Source: a virus
Length of the DNA: 64,000 bases
Reading direction: 5' to 3' (one strand)
IMG/VR virus record: IMGVR_UViG_3300029240_000001
Shown piece after piece: positions 44,894-53,887 of the stretch. A program made the position numbers and the translations under genes. A model generated the notes under the pieces. It made no database searches, was not told the DNA's origin, and saw only the letters and a list, made by a program, of their open reading frames with translations. The first letter of the stretch is position 1, and every line of letters starts with the position of its first letter.

Positions 44894-46815
44894 TGGATAT
44901 TACGCTTAAACTAACAAAAGACTTTGAGCGCTGTCTTGAAGATCTAAAAAAGAAGTATGGGGAAGACTTTGAATATATTAATGGAGTGCATCCATCTCAA
45001 CTTGATTTTAGCGAGTTTCTTGAAAAATTTGTTGCAAATGATACGATGGCAGATACAACGATTGACCCAAATGCCAACGCAAGTCACAAAGATATTCGTT
45101 CGTTCATGACAGAAAAGGGCAAGTCTGAGGACAAGCTATTTGCTCTTAATAAGATTTTCCTTGAGATTAAAAAGAAGTGGGGACTAAGAACTGCAAAGCA
45201 GTGGCTAGAGCAGGAATTTAGTAAGGGCCTTTATCTTAATGATAGTTCTACAGCTAGCTATTTCCCTTATTGTTGGGCAAATGATTTTACGAGACTGGCA
45301 ACAGAAGGACTATTCTTTCTTAATGGGTACAATGCGCAGCCACCAAAGCATCTTACTACGTATTTTGATGACGTAATTGAATTTGTTTCATTCCTCTCAA
45401 ACCGCCAAAGCGGAGCTGTCGGCATGCCAAATGTCCTTATTTGGGCGTATTATTTTTGGAAGCATGATGTGGAAAATGGATATTATCTCAAAGACCCTGA
45501 CACATATCTAAGACAGAACTTCCAGAAGTTTATTTACCGTTTGAATCAGCCATTCTTAAGAATCGATCAGTGTGCTTTTACAAATGTAAGCATCTTTGAT
45601 AGGCCCTATCTGGAGTCGCTATTCGGCGGCGTAGAATTTCCAGACGGTTCATTCGCAATGGATGAAATTGAGGAACTTATTAAATGCCAGCAGGTTTTTA
45701 TGGAGGTTGTATCTGAGACAAGAGAACATAATATGTTCACATTTCCGGTACTAACATACTCGCTACTTTACAAAGATAATAAATTTCAGGACGAACCATT
45801 TGCACGTTGGTGTTCTGCTCATAACATGAAGTGGAGCGACAGTAACTTTTTTGTGTCTGATAATGTAGGAGTGCTAAGTAACTGTTGCCGTCTATTAAGC
45901 AATACGAAGAAACTTGACGCTTTCATCAATAGCATTGGTGGAACTGCACTTAGCGTTGGTAGTTGCAGAGTATCTACCATTAATCTTGTAAGAATTGCAT
46001 ATGAATCTAAACTAAATAAAAAGAAGTATTTAGACATCTTAAAAGATAGAGTGTTACTTGATTGCAAGGCACTATATTCTATGAGACATATTCTACAACG
46101 TAATATCGAAAAAGGACTTCTGCCAAACTATCAAGACGGGGCCGTCGAATTTGACAAGCAATTCTGCACCATTGGCGGTATTGGAATGTATGAAGTGATG
46201 GATATGTTTGGTCTGATTAACACTGACGAGTTTGGGTATAAGTCTTACAGTGATGACGCTGTTGAGTTTGCAACACAGATACTGGACACAATCAACGAAG
46301 TAAAAGATAATTTTGATTGTGATTTTAGTTTTAATGTTGAAATGATTCCAGCAGAAAATTGTGCAGGTGTGATTTGCCAAGCAGATAATCTTCTATATGA
46401 AAAAGATAAATACTTTATTTATTCTAACCAGTGGATTCCGCTGACTGAAAAATGCACAATTCAAGAAAAATGTCGACTTGGTAGTCTGTTTGATGCAAAG
46501 TGTGGTGGCGGATGTATTGCCCACATCGACATCGAGAATCGTTTTGCTAATGAGGAAGAAGCATGGGACATGCTAAATTATGTAGCGGAGCATGGGGTAA
46601 TCTACTTTGCATTCACAACGAAGATTTCTGTTTGTGAAGACCATCATGCTTTTATTGGAACAAAAAACTGTCCAACATGTGGGAAGCCAGTCGCAGACCA
46701 ATTTGCCAGAGTTGTTGGATTTTATACCCCAGTGTCATCATATCAAAAGATTAGAAAGAAAGAATTCAATCACAGACTTTGGTATGATGTTCTAAACAAG
46801 GATGGCATTATGTGA
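44893..46815 (+). CDS. nrdD: anaerobic ribonucleoside-triphosphate reductase
   Basis: C-terminal zinc site CPTCG and glycyl-radical motif RVVGFY. Confidence 0.85.
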   Translation: MDITLKLTKDFERCLEDLKKKYGEDFEYINGVHPSQLDFSEFLEKFVANDTMADTTIDPNANASHKDIRSFMTEKGKSEDKLFALNKIFLEIKKKWGLRTAKQWLEQEFSKGLYLNDSSTASYFPYCWANDFTRLATEGLFFLNGYNAQPPKHLTTYFDDVIEFVSFLSNRQSGAVGMPNVLIWAYYFWKHDVENGYYLKDPDTYLRQNFQKFIYRLNQPFLRIDQCAFTNVSIFDRPYLESLFGGVEFPDGSFAMDEIEELIKCQQVFMEVVSETREHNMFTFPVLTYSLLYKDNKFQDEPFARWCSAHNMKWSDSNFFVSDNVGVLSNCCRLLSNTKKLDAFINSIGGTALSVGSCRVSTINLVRIAYESKLNKKKYLDILKDRVLLDCKALYSMRHILQRNIEKGLLPNYQDGAVEFDKQFCTIGGIGMYEVMDMFGLINTDEFGYKSYSDDAVEFATQILDTINEVKDNFDCDFSFNVEMIPAENCAGVICQADNLLYEKDKYFIYSNQWIPLTEKCTIQEKCRLGSLFDAKCGGGCIAHIDIENRFANEEEAWDMLNYVAEHGVIYFAFTTKISVCEDHHAFIGTKNCPTCGKPVADQFARVVGFYTPVSSYQKIRKKEFNHRLWYDVLNKDGIM

Positions 46816-46835
46816 TGAAACTTAAAGGAGTAGTG

Positions 46836-47297
46836 ATGGAGGACTTTGTTAATTATAAAAAGCCCTCCCTATTCCTAATAACATCAAAATGTGACTGGAA
46901 ATGTTGCAATGAATTAGGAATAGATATATCTATATGCCAGAACGAACCAATGGCAAAACAAGCGGCGAAAGATATTAGTAAAGAGTCAATATATAAGGCA
47001 TATATTAACAACAATATTACTAAAGCCATCGTGTTTGGAGGACTTGAACCAATGCTTCAATTTGATGAAGTACTTGACATAATTCAATATTTTAGAGCGC
47101 AAGAATGTCATGACACTTTCGTTATTTATACAGGTTATTATCCGCAAGAGATCACGTGGAAATTAAATAATCTAAAGCGCTTTGACAATATAATTGTAAA
47201 GTTTGGCAGATATACGCCAAATCGTCCAAGCAGATATGACGATGTTCTTGGTATTACGTTAGTTAGTGATAACCAATATGCAGAGAGGATATCTTGA
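46836..47297 (+). CDS. nrdG: NrdG-like activating enzyme
   Basis: VFGGLEPM and VIYTGYYPQE. The cysteine cluster is CDWKCC rather than the textbook CxxxCxxC. The start could also be 46815. Confidence 0.55.
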   Translation: MEDFVNYKKPSLFLITSKCDWKCCNELGIDISICQNEPMAKQAAKDISKESIYKAYINNNITKAIVFGGLEPMLQFDEVLDIIQYFRAQECHDTFVIYTGYYPQEITWKLNNLKRFDNIIVKFGRYTPNRPSRYDDVLGITLVSDNQYAERIS

Positions 47298-47500
47298 TGA
47301 AAATTACACTTAATCCAGATAAAGAGATAGTGGCGATTGCTCGTCAGCAACTAAAAGAGACTGGCGGTTATTGCCCTTGTGTTTTGGAACCATTCCGAAA
47401 TGAAAGCGCAAAATGTCAATGTGCAGAATTCCGTCGTCAGGTTGCTCAAGGGATTGAAGGAGAGTGCCATTGTGGACTCTTTATCGCAACAAAAGACTAA
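47297..47500 (+). CDS. ferredoxin-thioredoxin reductase catalytic-subunit-like protein
   Basis: GYCPC...CQC...CHCGLF cysteine pattern. Confidence 0.6.
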   Translation: MKITLNPDKEIVAIARQQLKETGGYCPCVLEPFRNESAKCQCAEFRRQVAQGIEGECHCGLFIATKD

Positions 47501-47517
47501 CAACACAAAATTATAAA
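47501..47517 (+). promoter_or_regulatory. conserved element copy
   Basis: ACAACACAAAATTATAA. Confidence 0.5.
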
Positions 47518-47540
47518 TTTCAACAAAGGAGTAATGAATT

Positions 47541-47849
47541 ATGGAAGACTACGGTACGAGAGAGAAGACAATTGAAGAACTAGAGGAAGAGCTAAAGGCG
47601 GCTTCCGAAAATTATAAGCGACTTAATGATCTGGTTAAACAGAAGAAGGACGCAGAAGAGAAGAAGCGCAATCAGAAGATTGAGGCCGAAAAGAAGGAGC
47701 GCATGAAACACATTGATGAAAGCCTTAGTGCTGTTAATGACGAGATCAAGCAGTACCTAAACGATTATGGTGTTCTTCGACTAAACAAGCGCTATTATTA
47801 CCTAAACTATGTATTCAATGGCACCAGCCCGTTCTGGATTAATTTTTAA
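47541..47849 (+). CDS. hypothetical coiled-coil protein
   Basis: Lys/Glu-rich; AAGGAG RBS. Confidence 0.55.
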   Translation: MEDYGTREKTIEELEEELKAASENYKRLNDLVKQKKDAEEKKRNQKIEAEKKERMKHIDESLSAVNDEIKQYLNDYGVLRLNKRYYYLNYVFNGTSPFWINF

Positions 47850-47866
47850 TCTTGGAGGTGTTTGAC

Positions 47867-48301
47867 ATGAACATTAAGTTTGCTAAGACACGACCAGACG
47901 CCAAGATTCCAACAAAAGGAAGCGAATTGTCTGCAGGGTACGATTTGTATGCATGTATTAAAAATGATATTCCTGTCCCGCCTTACTCAACCGTTAAGGT
48001 GGGAACTGGATTATCAATACAGCCACCCAAAGGATATTTTGGAGCAATTTTTGCTCGAAGCGGGTTGGCAACCAATCACGGCTTAAGACCAGCGAATTGC
48101 GTTGGTGTATGTGACGAGGATTACACTGGAGAATATATTGTCGCTATTCACAATGATTCGGACAATATGTTTATTGTCCGTAATGGAGATAGGATAGCAC
48201 AGCTTATATTCCTGCCATATCTGCAGATAGTTTTTGAAGAGATTGACCATTTAGATTTTACAAAAAGAGGAAGTAATGGGTTTGGAAGTAGTGGAAAATA
48301 A
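47867..48301 (+). CDS. dut: dUTPase (trimeric)
   Basis: AGYDL, GVCDEDYTGE, RIAQL, RGSNGFGSSG. ATG at 47867 after GGAGG. Confidence 0.85.
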   Translation: MNIKFAKTRPDAKIPTKGSELSAGYDLYACIKNDIPVPPYSTVKVGTGLSIQPPKGYFGAIFARSGLATNHGLRPANCVGVCDEDYTGEYIVAIHNDSDNMFIVRNGDRIAQLIFLPYLQIVFEEIDHLDFTKRGSNGFGSSGK

Positions 48302-49181
48302 AATACCAATCTATTGTGATTTTTGTGGCAAAGAAATTAAAATTGACAACTACAAGCGAAAAGCGAACAAACATAATTTTTGCAATAGGGAATGTCATAA
48401 CAACTATCAAAAAAGCATGAAAACAAAATTAACCTGCCCAGTTTGTGGGGGATCTTTTTATCGAAAGCAAAGCGTGCTAGATAAGATGAAAGATGTTCAC
48501 AATGCAACATGCTCAAAAAAATGTTGTTATGAATTAAGAAAAACATTATATTTCAAAGATGGCAATCCTCAATATGGGTTAACTGGGAAATTGAATAGCA
48601 GTTGGAAGTCGGACGAAAGTAATAGTGGACAATATAAACTAATTAGAGTAGAAGATCACCCATTTAGAAGCAGCTCTAATTTTGTGCCAGAACACAGATT
48701 AATCGCAGAACAATACCTACTCAATGATTCAAATTCCATTGAAATAAATGGCGAACGATACTTAAAACCAGAATGTGTGGTACACCACATAGATTTTAAC
48801 AAAAAGAACAATAATGTTGACAATTTATTTGTTTTTGAAAATGAAGCAATACATACATTGTTCCATAATTTGTATAGAAGTGGCCGAGTAAAAGATTTGC
48901 CTGATTTTCTTGAATACTATCGTGACACATATATTAACAAGTTATACAATCACCAATGGCTTTATAGAGCCTATATTGATTTTGATCTGTCTATTAATCA
49001 AATTAGCAAATGGTTCAATATACCATATAAATCTGTTCAATTAGAAGTATATCAAACTCATTTGGACGATATAAAACAACAGAATAGAGATAACGAGACA
49101 TTTAAAAATTTTGTTATAAAGGAACTATCTATATTCAGCCAAGAATTAACTAAGAATACACAAGGAGAACAATATATATGA
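48276..49181 (+). CDS. HNH homing endonuclease
   Basis: VHHIDFNKKNNNVDNLFVFENEAIHTLFH plus N-terminal Cys clusters. Its start overlaps the dut 3' end. Confidence 0.7.
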   Translation: MGLEVVENKIPIYCDFCGKEIKIDNYKRKANKHNFCNRECHNNYQKSMKTKLTCPVCGGSFYRKQSVLDKMKDVHNATCSKKCCYELRKTLYFKDGNPQYGLTGKLNSSWKSDESNSGQYKLIRVEDHPFRSSSNFVPEHRLIAEQYLLNDSNSIEINGERYLKPECVVHHIDFNKKNNNVDNLFVFENEAIHTLFHNLYRSGRVKDLPDFLEYYRDTYINKLYNHQWLYRAYIDFDLSINQISKWFNIPYKSVQLEVYQTHLDDIKQQNRDNETFKNFVIKELSIFSQELTKNTQGEQYI

Positions 49182-49687
49182 AAGCATATTTAGCTGGCCC
49201 AATATTCACATATGGAGATTTGCTTCGAAATACTGAATGGGCAAAAAAGATCAGAGAAGCAATCCCCGGCATTGACTTATACTCCCCGGTTGAAAATTCT
49301 GACATAAATGGAGTTGATGGGAAGAAGAAATTTGCAGGGTCTCAAGAAATTGCCAATGCAGACAATGCAAGACTTAATAATAGCGATGTACTTATTGCTT
49401 GCATAGACGGTGATATTTTGCCGTCTGGAACTTGCGCTGAGATCGGAAAATTCCATGAAAAGATTGAGCGCGGAGACCACAAATATATGATTGGCATTTG
49501 CACAGACAATAGACAGTGCTATTTAACACATAGTGAAGCTAAAGACGCTGGTGGAGCAAGTAGGCTTGGTGAGCAGCAATACTCTTACCAGAATCTCTAT
49601 GTTACTGGACTGCTCAATCAATGCGGCGGACTTGTATATACTATTGAAGAAGTAATTAATTATTTGCTTAAAATTCAGGAGGACTAA
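49178..49687 (+). CDS. nucleoside 2-deoxyribosyltransferase family protein
   Basis: MKAYLAGPIF N-terminal motif; GTCAEIG. Confidence 0.65.
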   Translation: MKAYLAGPIFTYGDLLRNTEWAKKIREAIPGIDLYSPVENSDINGVDGKKKFAGSQEIANADNARLNNSDVLIACIDGDILPSGTCAEIGKFHEKIERGDHKYMIGICTDNRQCYLTHSEAKDAGGASRLGEQQYSYQNLYVTGLLNQCGGLVYTIEEVINYLLKIQED

Positions 49688-49689
49688 AC

Positions 49690-50349
49690 ATGAAAACTTG
49701 GTACAACTCGCTTACTACCGCACAAAAGCTATGGATTATTTGCTCAACGTTAGCTATCGCGCTCCTAGGTGTAATTAGTGGAGACAATTGGATTAACATT
49801 CTAATTGGAACAATTGGTATGGCGTATGTTGCTGTCTATAGTTCTGGTGCTAGAGGCGCATTTCTTATGGGCGTTGTGTACGTAGGTCTTTACACAATTA
49901 TCTGTCTAGAGAACCGTATTATGCTTGACGCGCTTCAAAATGTGATTCTGATTCCAATTTATATTGCCTCATACATCCACTGGGGCAATCGCAATGTAAA
50001 GCCACATAACGGGACACCAAAACAAAATATTGTTTTTATCCTTATTACAATTGCAGTTGGAGTTGGTCTATACTTCCTATCTAAAGCATTACATGGGAAT
50101 TACAGTGCGCTTGACGCATTTAATACAGCATGCACACTAGGAGCAATGGTTCTTGGTTATTTTGGGTTTTCTATTAACTGGGCGCTATGGAGTGCTAACA
50201 ATATTGCCTCTGCAGTTACATTCGGACTTGCTCTTGCAACACCAACAGGCAGTATCACCGTGTTCGCAATGAAAGTTATCTTTATGATTAATGGCATTAT
50301 TGGTTGGTACACATTCTCTAAGATTGGCAAAGAAGCACTTAAGGAGTGA
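49690..50349 (+). CDS. pnuC: PnuC-like nicotinamide riboside transporter
   Basis: About 7 hydrophobic segments; the size and W-rich pattern are typical of PnuC. Confidence 0.6.
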   Translation: MKTWYNSLTTAQKLWIICSTLAIALLGVISGDNWINILIGTIGMAYVAVYSSGARGAFLMGVVYVGLYTIICLENRIMLDALQNVILIPIYIASYIHWGNRNVKPHNGTPKQNIVFILITIAVGVGLYFLSKALHGNYSALDAFNTACTLGAMVLGYFGFSINWALWSANNIASAVTFGLALATPTGSITVFAMKVIFMINGIIGWYTFSKIGKEALKE

Positions 50350-50354
50350 TAACT

Positions 50355-50903
50355 ATGCACACAGTATTCCTTATTGTTGGGAAAAGTTCTTCTGGGAAGG
50401 ATTCGCTTGTAAACAAGCTATGCAACGAGCACGGGTATCGACAGTTAAAATCATATGCCACTCGTCCTCGCAGAAAAGACGAAGGAGATACTCACACTTT
50501 CATTACGAAGAACGAAGTTGCTCAGTATCAGAATCAAATGATTGCTTATACACAAATTGGAGACGCAATTTATTTTGCGACAAAAGACCAACTTATGAAA
50601 TCAGATCTGTATTGCATTGACTATCGTGGTATTGAGTATATGCATTCACTTTCGCTTGATCTTTCTGACGTTCGTTTCGTAACAATTTACATTCATGTGC
50701 CAGATGATATTCGTGAAGAGCGAGCTATCAATGGCAGAAAAGACGATGCACTTACGTTTTACAAACGCTGTTTCAATGAGAACGAGCAGTTTTCGGAGAT
50801 GATTATGCGAGACGATTTTGACTATGCAATTTCAAATATTGATTTTAACAAAGCGTATAAAATTTTTGAAACAATTATTGAGGAGGAACTAAAAGATGAT
50901 TAA
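50355..50903 (+). CDS. guanylate-kinase-like P-loop kinase
   Basis: VGKSSSGKDS; SYATRPRRKDEGDTHTF. Confidence 0.55.
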   Translation: MHTVFLIVGKSSSGKDSLVNKLCNEHGYRQLKSYATRPRRKDEGDTHTFITKNEVAQYQNQMIAYTQIGDAIYFATKDQLMKSDLYCIDYRGIEYMHSLSLDLSDVRFVTIYIHVPDDIREERAINGRKDDALTFYKRCFNENEQFSEMIMRDDFDYAISNIDFNKAYKIFETIIEEELKDD

Positions 50904-51081
50904 GCGTGACATTACAGAAACTATTTACGAATATGACAAGAACGGCAATCTTGTTCAGAAGACTGTCACAGAGACTCATGAAGTAGACGATGAGACAAGA
51001 TATCCTCCAGTTAACGGAGCTTTTACTACATACGTAGGTGATACAACCGCGCACAATTGCACGTGTAGTAGCCATTCTTGA
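50896..51081 (+). CDS. hypothetical protein
   Basis: GGAGGA RBS; last gene of the plus-strand block. Confidence 0.45.
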   Translation: MIKRDITETIYEYDKNGNLVQKTVTETHEVDDETRYPPVNGAFTTYVGDTTAHNCTCSSHS

Positions 51082-51123
51082 CTCAAAAAATGCGTATAAA
51101 TGCGCAAAATTGAATAGCAATAT

Positions 51124-51161
51124 GTCGGTAGTGTAATTTCACATTACCGGCATATTTATTT
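51124..51161 (+). terminator. rho-independent terminator
   Basis: 11-bp stem GTCGGTAGTGT/ACATTACCGGC followed by a T-rich tail. Confidence 0.6.
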
Positions 51162-51174
51162 ATCAAAAATGCAA

Positions 51175-51183
51175 TGATATAAT
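51175..51183 (+). promoter_or_regulatory. extended -10 element upstream of xis
   Basis: TGaTATAAT. Confidence 0.4.
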
Positions 51184-51218
51184 GTAAAATAGAGCAAATA
51201 TGATAGGAGAGTGATAAT

Positions 51219-51413
51219 ATGAAATACATAACAGTAAAACAACTATATGAAAAATTAAATGCAGAGCATCCGGGGCTAATTGGAATTAATAGTGTCTATG
51301 AGCTTGTCAAACGTAAAGACTTCCCGTCAATTAGAAATGGGCGTAAATTCCTTATCATTGAGGACAAAGTTGATGAATGGTTTGAAAAGAAAAGTTTGGC
51401 TTATAAAAGATAG
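51219..51413 (+). CDS. xis: excisionase-family helix-turn-helix protein
   Basis: ITVKQLYEKL...SVYELVKRKDFPSIRNGRKFLI. Lies upstream of int. Confidence 0.6.
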   Translation: MKYITVKQLYEKLNAEHPGLIGINSVYELVKRKDFPSIRNGRKFLIIEDKVDEWFEKKSLAYKR

Positions 51414-51426
51414 ATAAACTATATTG

Positions 51427-51478
51427 AATTGTGGTCAAAAGATGTGGTACAATAAAATTGTGGTAAATGATGTGGTCA
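51427..51478 (+). repeat. four direct TGTGGT(A/C) repeats
   Basis: TGTGGT at 51430, 51443, 51459 and 51471. Confidence 0.75.
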
Positions 51479-51720
51479 TTCAGCAAAAACATATCACTTA
51501 AATCTAGGAGAATCAATGACTTGAGTTGTTTTTATTTATGGACACTTATGGTTCATATAGCCTGAGAAACAGCCATAAAAACATAATAGAACAGCTATTC
51601 ACAAACACAAGTCTAAAGCATTGGAGCTAGAATATATGCTGGTTTAAGCTTGCTTTGGAAGAAAATTGTATTCACTCGATATCACCAATAATCTTGTACT
51701 GTTATGATAAATAATCAAAA

Positions 51721-51751
51721 AATTGTGGTATTATTGTGGTACGATTGTGAC
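51721..51751 (+). repeat. three 11-bp direct repeats ATTGTGGTA / ATTGTGAC
   Basis: TGTGGT at 51724 and 51735; TGTGAC at 51746. Confidence 0.75.
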
Positions 51752-51803
51752 TAAAAATTGCCATTGACCATATTGTTTTCATCAAATATAATAATGATAT
51801 GAA

Positions 51804-51820
51804 CTATAATTTTGTATTGT
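51804..51820 (-). promoter_or_regulatory. conserved element copy, inverted, just upstream of the int RBS
   Basis: The plus strand reads CTATAATTTTGTATTGT, the reverse complement of ACAATACAAAATTATAG. Confidence 0.6.
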
Positions 51821-51842
51821 TAGAAAATGGAGGAATATATTT

Positions 51843-52985
51843 ATGGCAAAGAAAAGAAGTAATGGGGAAGGATCGTGGACGCAAAGAGACAATGGCACTT
51901 GGAAATTGTCTGTAGCTTATAAAGGAATAGGAAGAAAATATTTTTACGGGGACAAGCAAACTTGTTTAAAGAAAAAACGTGAATTTGAAGTATTACTTAA
52001 TAAAAATATCGTTGGGGATAAGGATATATTATTTGAAGATTTTATTCATTCTTGGCTTTTCACAGTCAAACAGCCAACATTGAAACCTTCATCATTTGAT
52101 AGAATGGAACGTGTATTAAAAGAAAAACATGTGACAAGATTATATAATTTAGAAATGAAACAAATAGATGGACATTTAATTCAAACTTTTATTATTAATA
52201 AAATGAAAGACGATGGGCTCGCATATGAAACAATTAAGAAAACATGTTCTGCATTAGGAGAGATATTCAATTATGCATTACTACGAGAAAAGATTGATAG
52301 AAACCCGATGGGGGAAGTTAGACTACCAAAAAAGTCGCTATTTGTACAAAAAGAAAGAAGATATTTGTCTCAACAAGAAAGAGAAAAATTAATACAAACA
52401 TGCTATTCTAGGCATAAAAATGGAGTGCGTATTTATAAGAATGGCGCTTTGTATGTATTTTTACTATATACTGGATGCAGAGTTGGAGAAGCTTTAGCTT
52501 TAAGGTGGAGCGACATTGATTTTGAAACGCGCACTGCGAAAATTTATAAAACTGTCGCTCGTATCAATGACAGAAGCAAGAGTAAAAATAAGACCATTGA
52601 AATTGTATCCAATTCTACAAAAACAGGAGTCGCAAGAACTATTTATTTGTCAGACATGGCAATTGCTGCGTTAAGAGACCTGCAAGAGCAGATTGGATGG
52701 GAGCCAAACGGATACATTGTCCATGCGAATCATACAAAACCAATTTGTAAAGTCGCTGCACAAAACACATTCAATCGCATTGTTAAAAGAGCAGGGATAG
52801 AGCATTGTGGAGTCCATGCGCTCAGGCATTCTTTTGTAAGCCTAATGTTACACAATAATGTCCCACTTGCAATGGTGTCTCAAATGGTGGGGCATCTAAA
52901 TATAAACATGACGCTGCAAGTATATTCTCATCTATTAGACGAAACAAAAATTGAGTCTATGTCAATTATAAAAGACATTAAATAG
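51843..52985 (+). CDS. int: tyrosine integrase with N-terminal arm-binding domain
   Basis: GEGSWTQRDNGTWKL, TGCRVGEAL, HALRHSFVSL, GHLNINMTLQVYSH. Confidence 0.85.
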   Translation: MAKKRSNGEGSWTQRDNGTWKLSVAYKGIGRKYFYGDKQTCLKKKREFEVLLNKNIVGDKDILFEDFIHSWLFTVKQPTLKPSSFDRMERVLKEKHVTRLYNLEMKQIDGHLIQTFIINKMKDDGLAYETIKKTCSALGEIFNYALLREKIDRNPMGEVRLPKKSLFVQKERRYLSQQEREKLIQTCYSRHKNGVRIYKNGALYVFLLYTGCRVGEALALRWSDIDFETRTAKIYKTVARINDRSKSKNKTIEIVSNSTKTGVARTIYLSDMAIAALRDLQEQIGWEPNGYIVHANHTKPICKVAAQNTFNRIVKRAGIEHCGVHALRHSFVSLMLHNNVPLAMVSQMVGHLNINMTLQVYSHLLDETKIESMSIIKDIK

Positions 52986-53090
52986 CAGAATGTTCTTTAT
53001 AATTGACATTAACTACACTCCCCCACTACTGATTTCAAAAAGGTGCTATCACCTTGTTAATTTTAACCATAGTTTTTGCTATAAAGGTGA

Positions 53091-53119
53091 TTGCACTTTT
53101 TGGCGAAAAATGTTATGAT
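53091..53119 (+). promoter_or_regulatory. sigma-A type promoter
   Basis: TTGCAC, 17-nt spacer, TATGAT with an upstream TG. Confidence 0.5.
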
Positions 53120-53142
53120 ATTCATATAAAGGTGGTGTGAAT

Positions 53143-53304
53143 ATGACATGCAAACCGGGAACAAAATCCATTACATTTAGGCTTCCAGAAGAAGAAAAAT
53201 TCCAAATAGAGCTTGCAGCTCACGCAGAGAATAGGTCAGTGAATAATTGGATACTAAATGTGATTAGAATCCATTTAAAAGCGCAGCAGGGCGCAAAAAA
53301 ATAG
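53143..53304 (+). CDS. ribbon-helix-helix (Arc/CopG-like) protein, 53 aa
   Basis: KSITFRLPEEEKFQIELAAHAENRSVNNWILNVI. Confidence 0.6.
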   Translation: MTCKPGTKSITFRLPEEEKFQIELAAHAENRSVNNWILNVIRIHLKAQQGAKK

Positions 53305-53331
53305 GGACTAGAGATTTTACTCTCTAGTCCC
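53304..53331. terminator. bidirectional terminator hairpin between convergent genes
   Basis: GGGACTAGAGA-TTTTAC-TCTCTAGTCCC. Confidence 0.7.
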
Positions 53332-53341
53332 TAAACGTTTA

Positions 53342-53860
53342 TTATGCTTTCAACCAATCTTGGCTCTCATAATATTTCGTAATTGTATGATATAGTTCTG
53401 ACCCCATAGAATTACAATGAAGCTCATTAATGTACTTTGAATAAATTTCATCAATATGATTCTTTTCTTCTGGATACAATTTTATTCCACGAGCACATCT
53501 AGACGCACATTCAGACAACTCTGCCTTGATCCGATCCCGCTCATTTTCAAAGACTCTATTGTCAAGCGTACACAACTTAGAATCAACGTTATTCAGTCTC
53601 GTATCAACATCTTTTAGATGATTGATAATTTGTTCATCCGCTTTCTTGCTTTTCGTTTCTTGCTGATCAATCTTGTATTCTAAATTATTAAGCTGCTTCG
53701 TATGAGCTTTCATCGTATTAGTTAGCTCCTCGGCATTTGTTGTGTTTCTGAGCCATGTTTCTATTTTTTTTCTTATTGGTTTAATCAGAACGCCCAAGAA
53801 CGCAACGATTACCATAATCCCGCTTATTAGGCTGGATATGTTTGTAATTAAATCTATCAT
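53342..53860 (-). CDS. membrane-anchored coiled-coil protein (function unknown)
   Basis: N-terminal TM segment ISSLISGIMVIVAFLGVLI followed by coiled coil. Last gene of the tail operon. Confidence 0.55.
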   Translation of the reverse strand: MIDLITNISSLISGIMVIVAFLGVLIKPIRKKIETWLRNTTNAEELTNTMKAHTKQLNNLEYKIDQQETKSKKADEQIINHLKDVDTRLNNVDSKLCTLDNRVFENERDRIKAELSECASRCARGIKLYPEEKNHIDEIYSKYINELHCNSMGSELYHTITKYYESQDWLKA

Positions 53861-53887
53861 TGTTTATATCACTCCAAACAATATAAT

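Noticed and set aside
2576-47517. Whether the recurring 17-nt element could be a CRISPR array or a MITE-like mobile repeat
   Set aside because: Copies are kilobases apart at irregular spacing, always at gene starts, with no flanking inverted repeats or target-site duplications. The pattern fits a regulatory site, not a CRISPR array or a transposon.
7277-49181. Homing endonucleases residing in group I introns or inteins that split host genes
   Set aside because: Flanking genes (SSB-like, Sak4-like, helicase, dnaE, dut, phosphoesterase) are full-length and uninterrupted. Intergenic gaps are too short for intron cores, and there are no intein junction motifs.
50291-50620. 109-aa ORF overlapping the pnuC end and the kinase start in another frame
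   Set aside because: It is out of frame with two better-supported genes, has an Arg/Ser/Cys-rich odd composition and has no RBS.
51480-51720. Exact attP core, or a tRNA-derived core sequence
   Set aside because: I could not recognise a tRNA 3' fragment or a dyad core by eye. Without a host sequence the core cannot be placed, so only the flanking direct repeats are reported.
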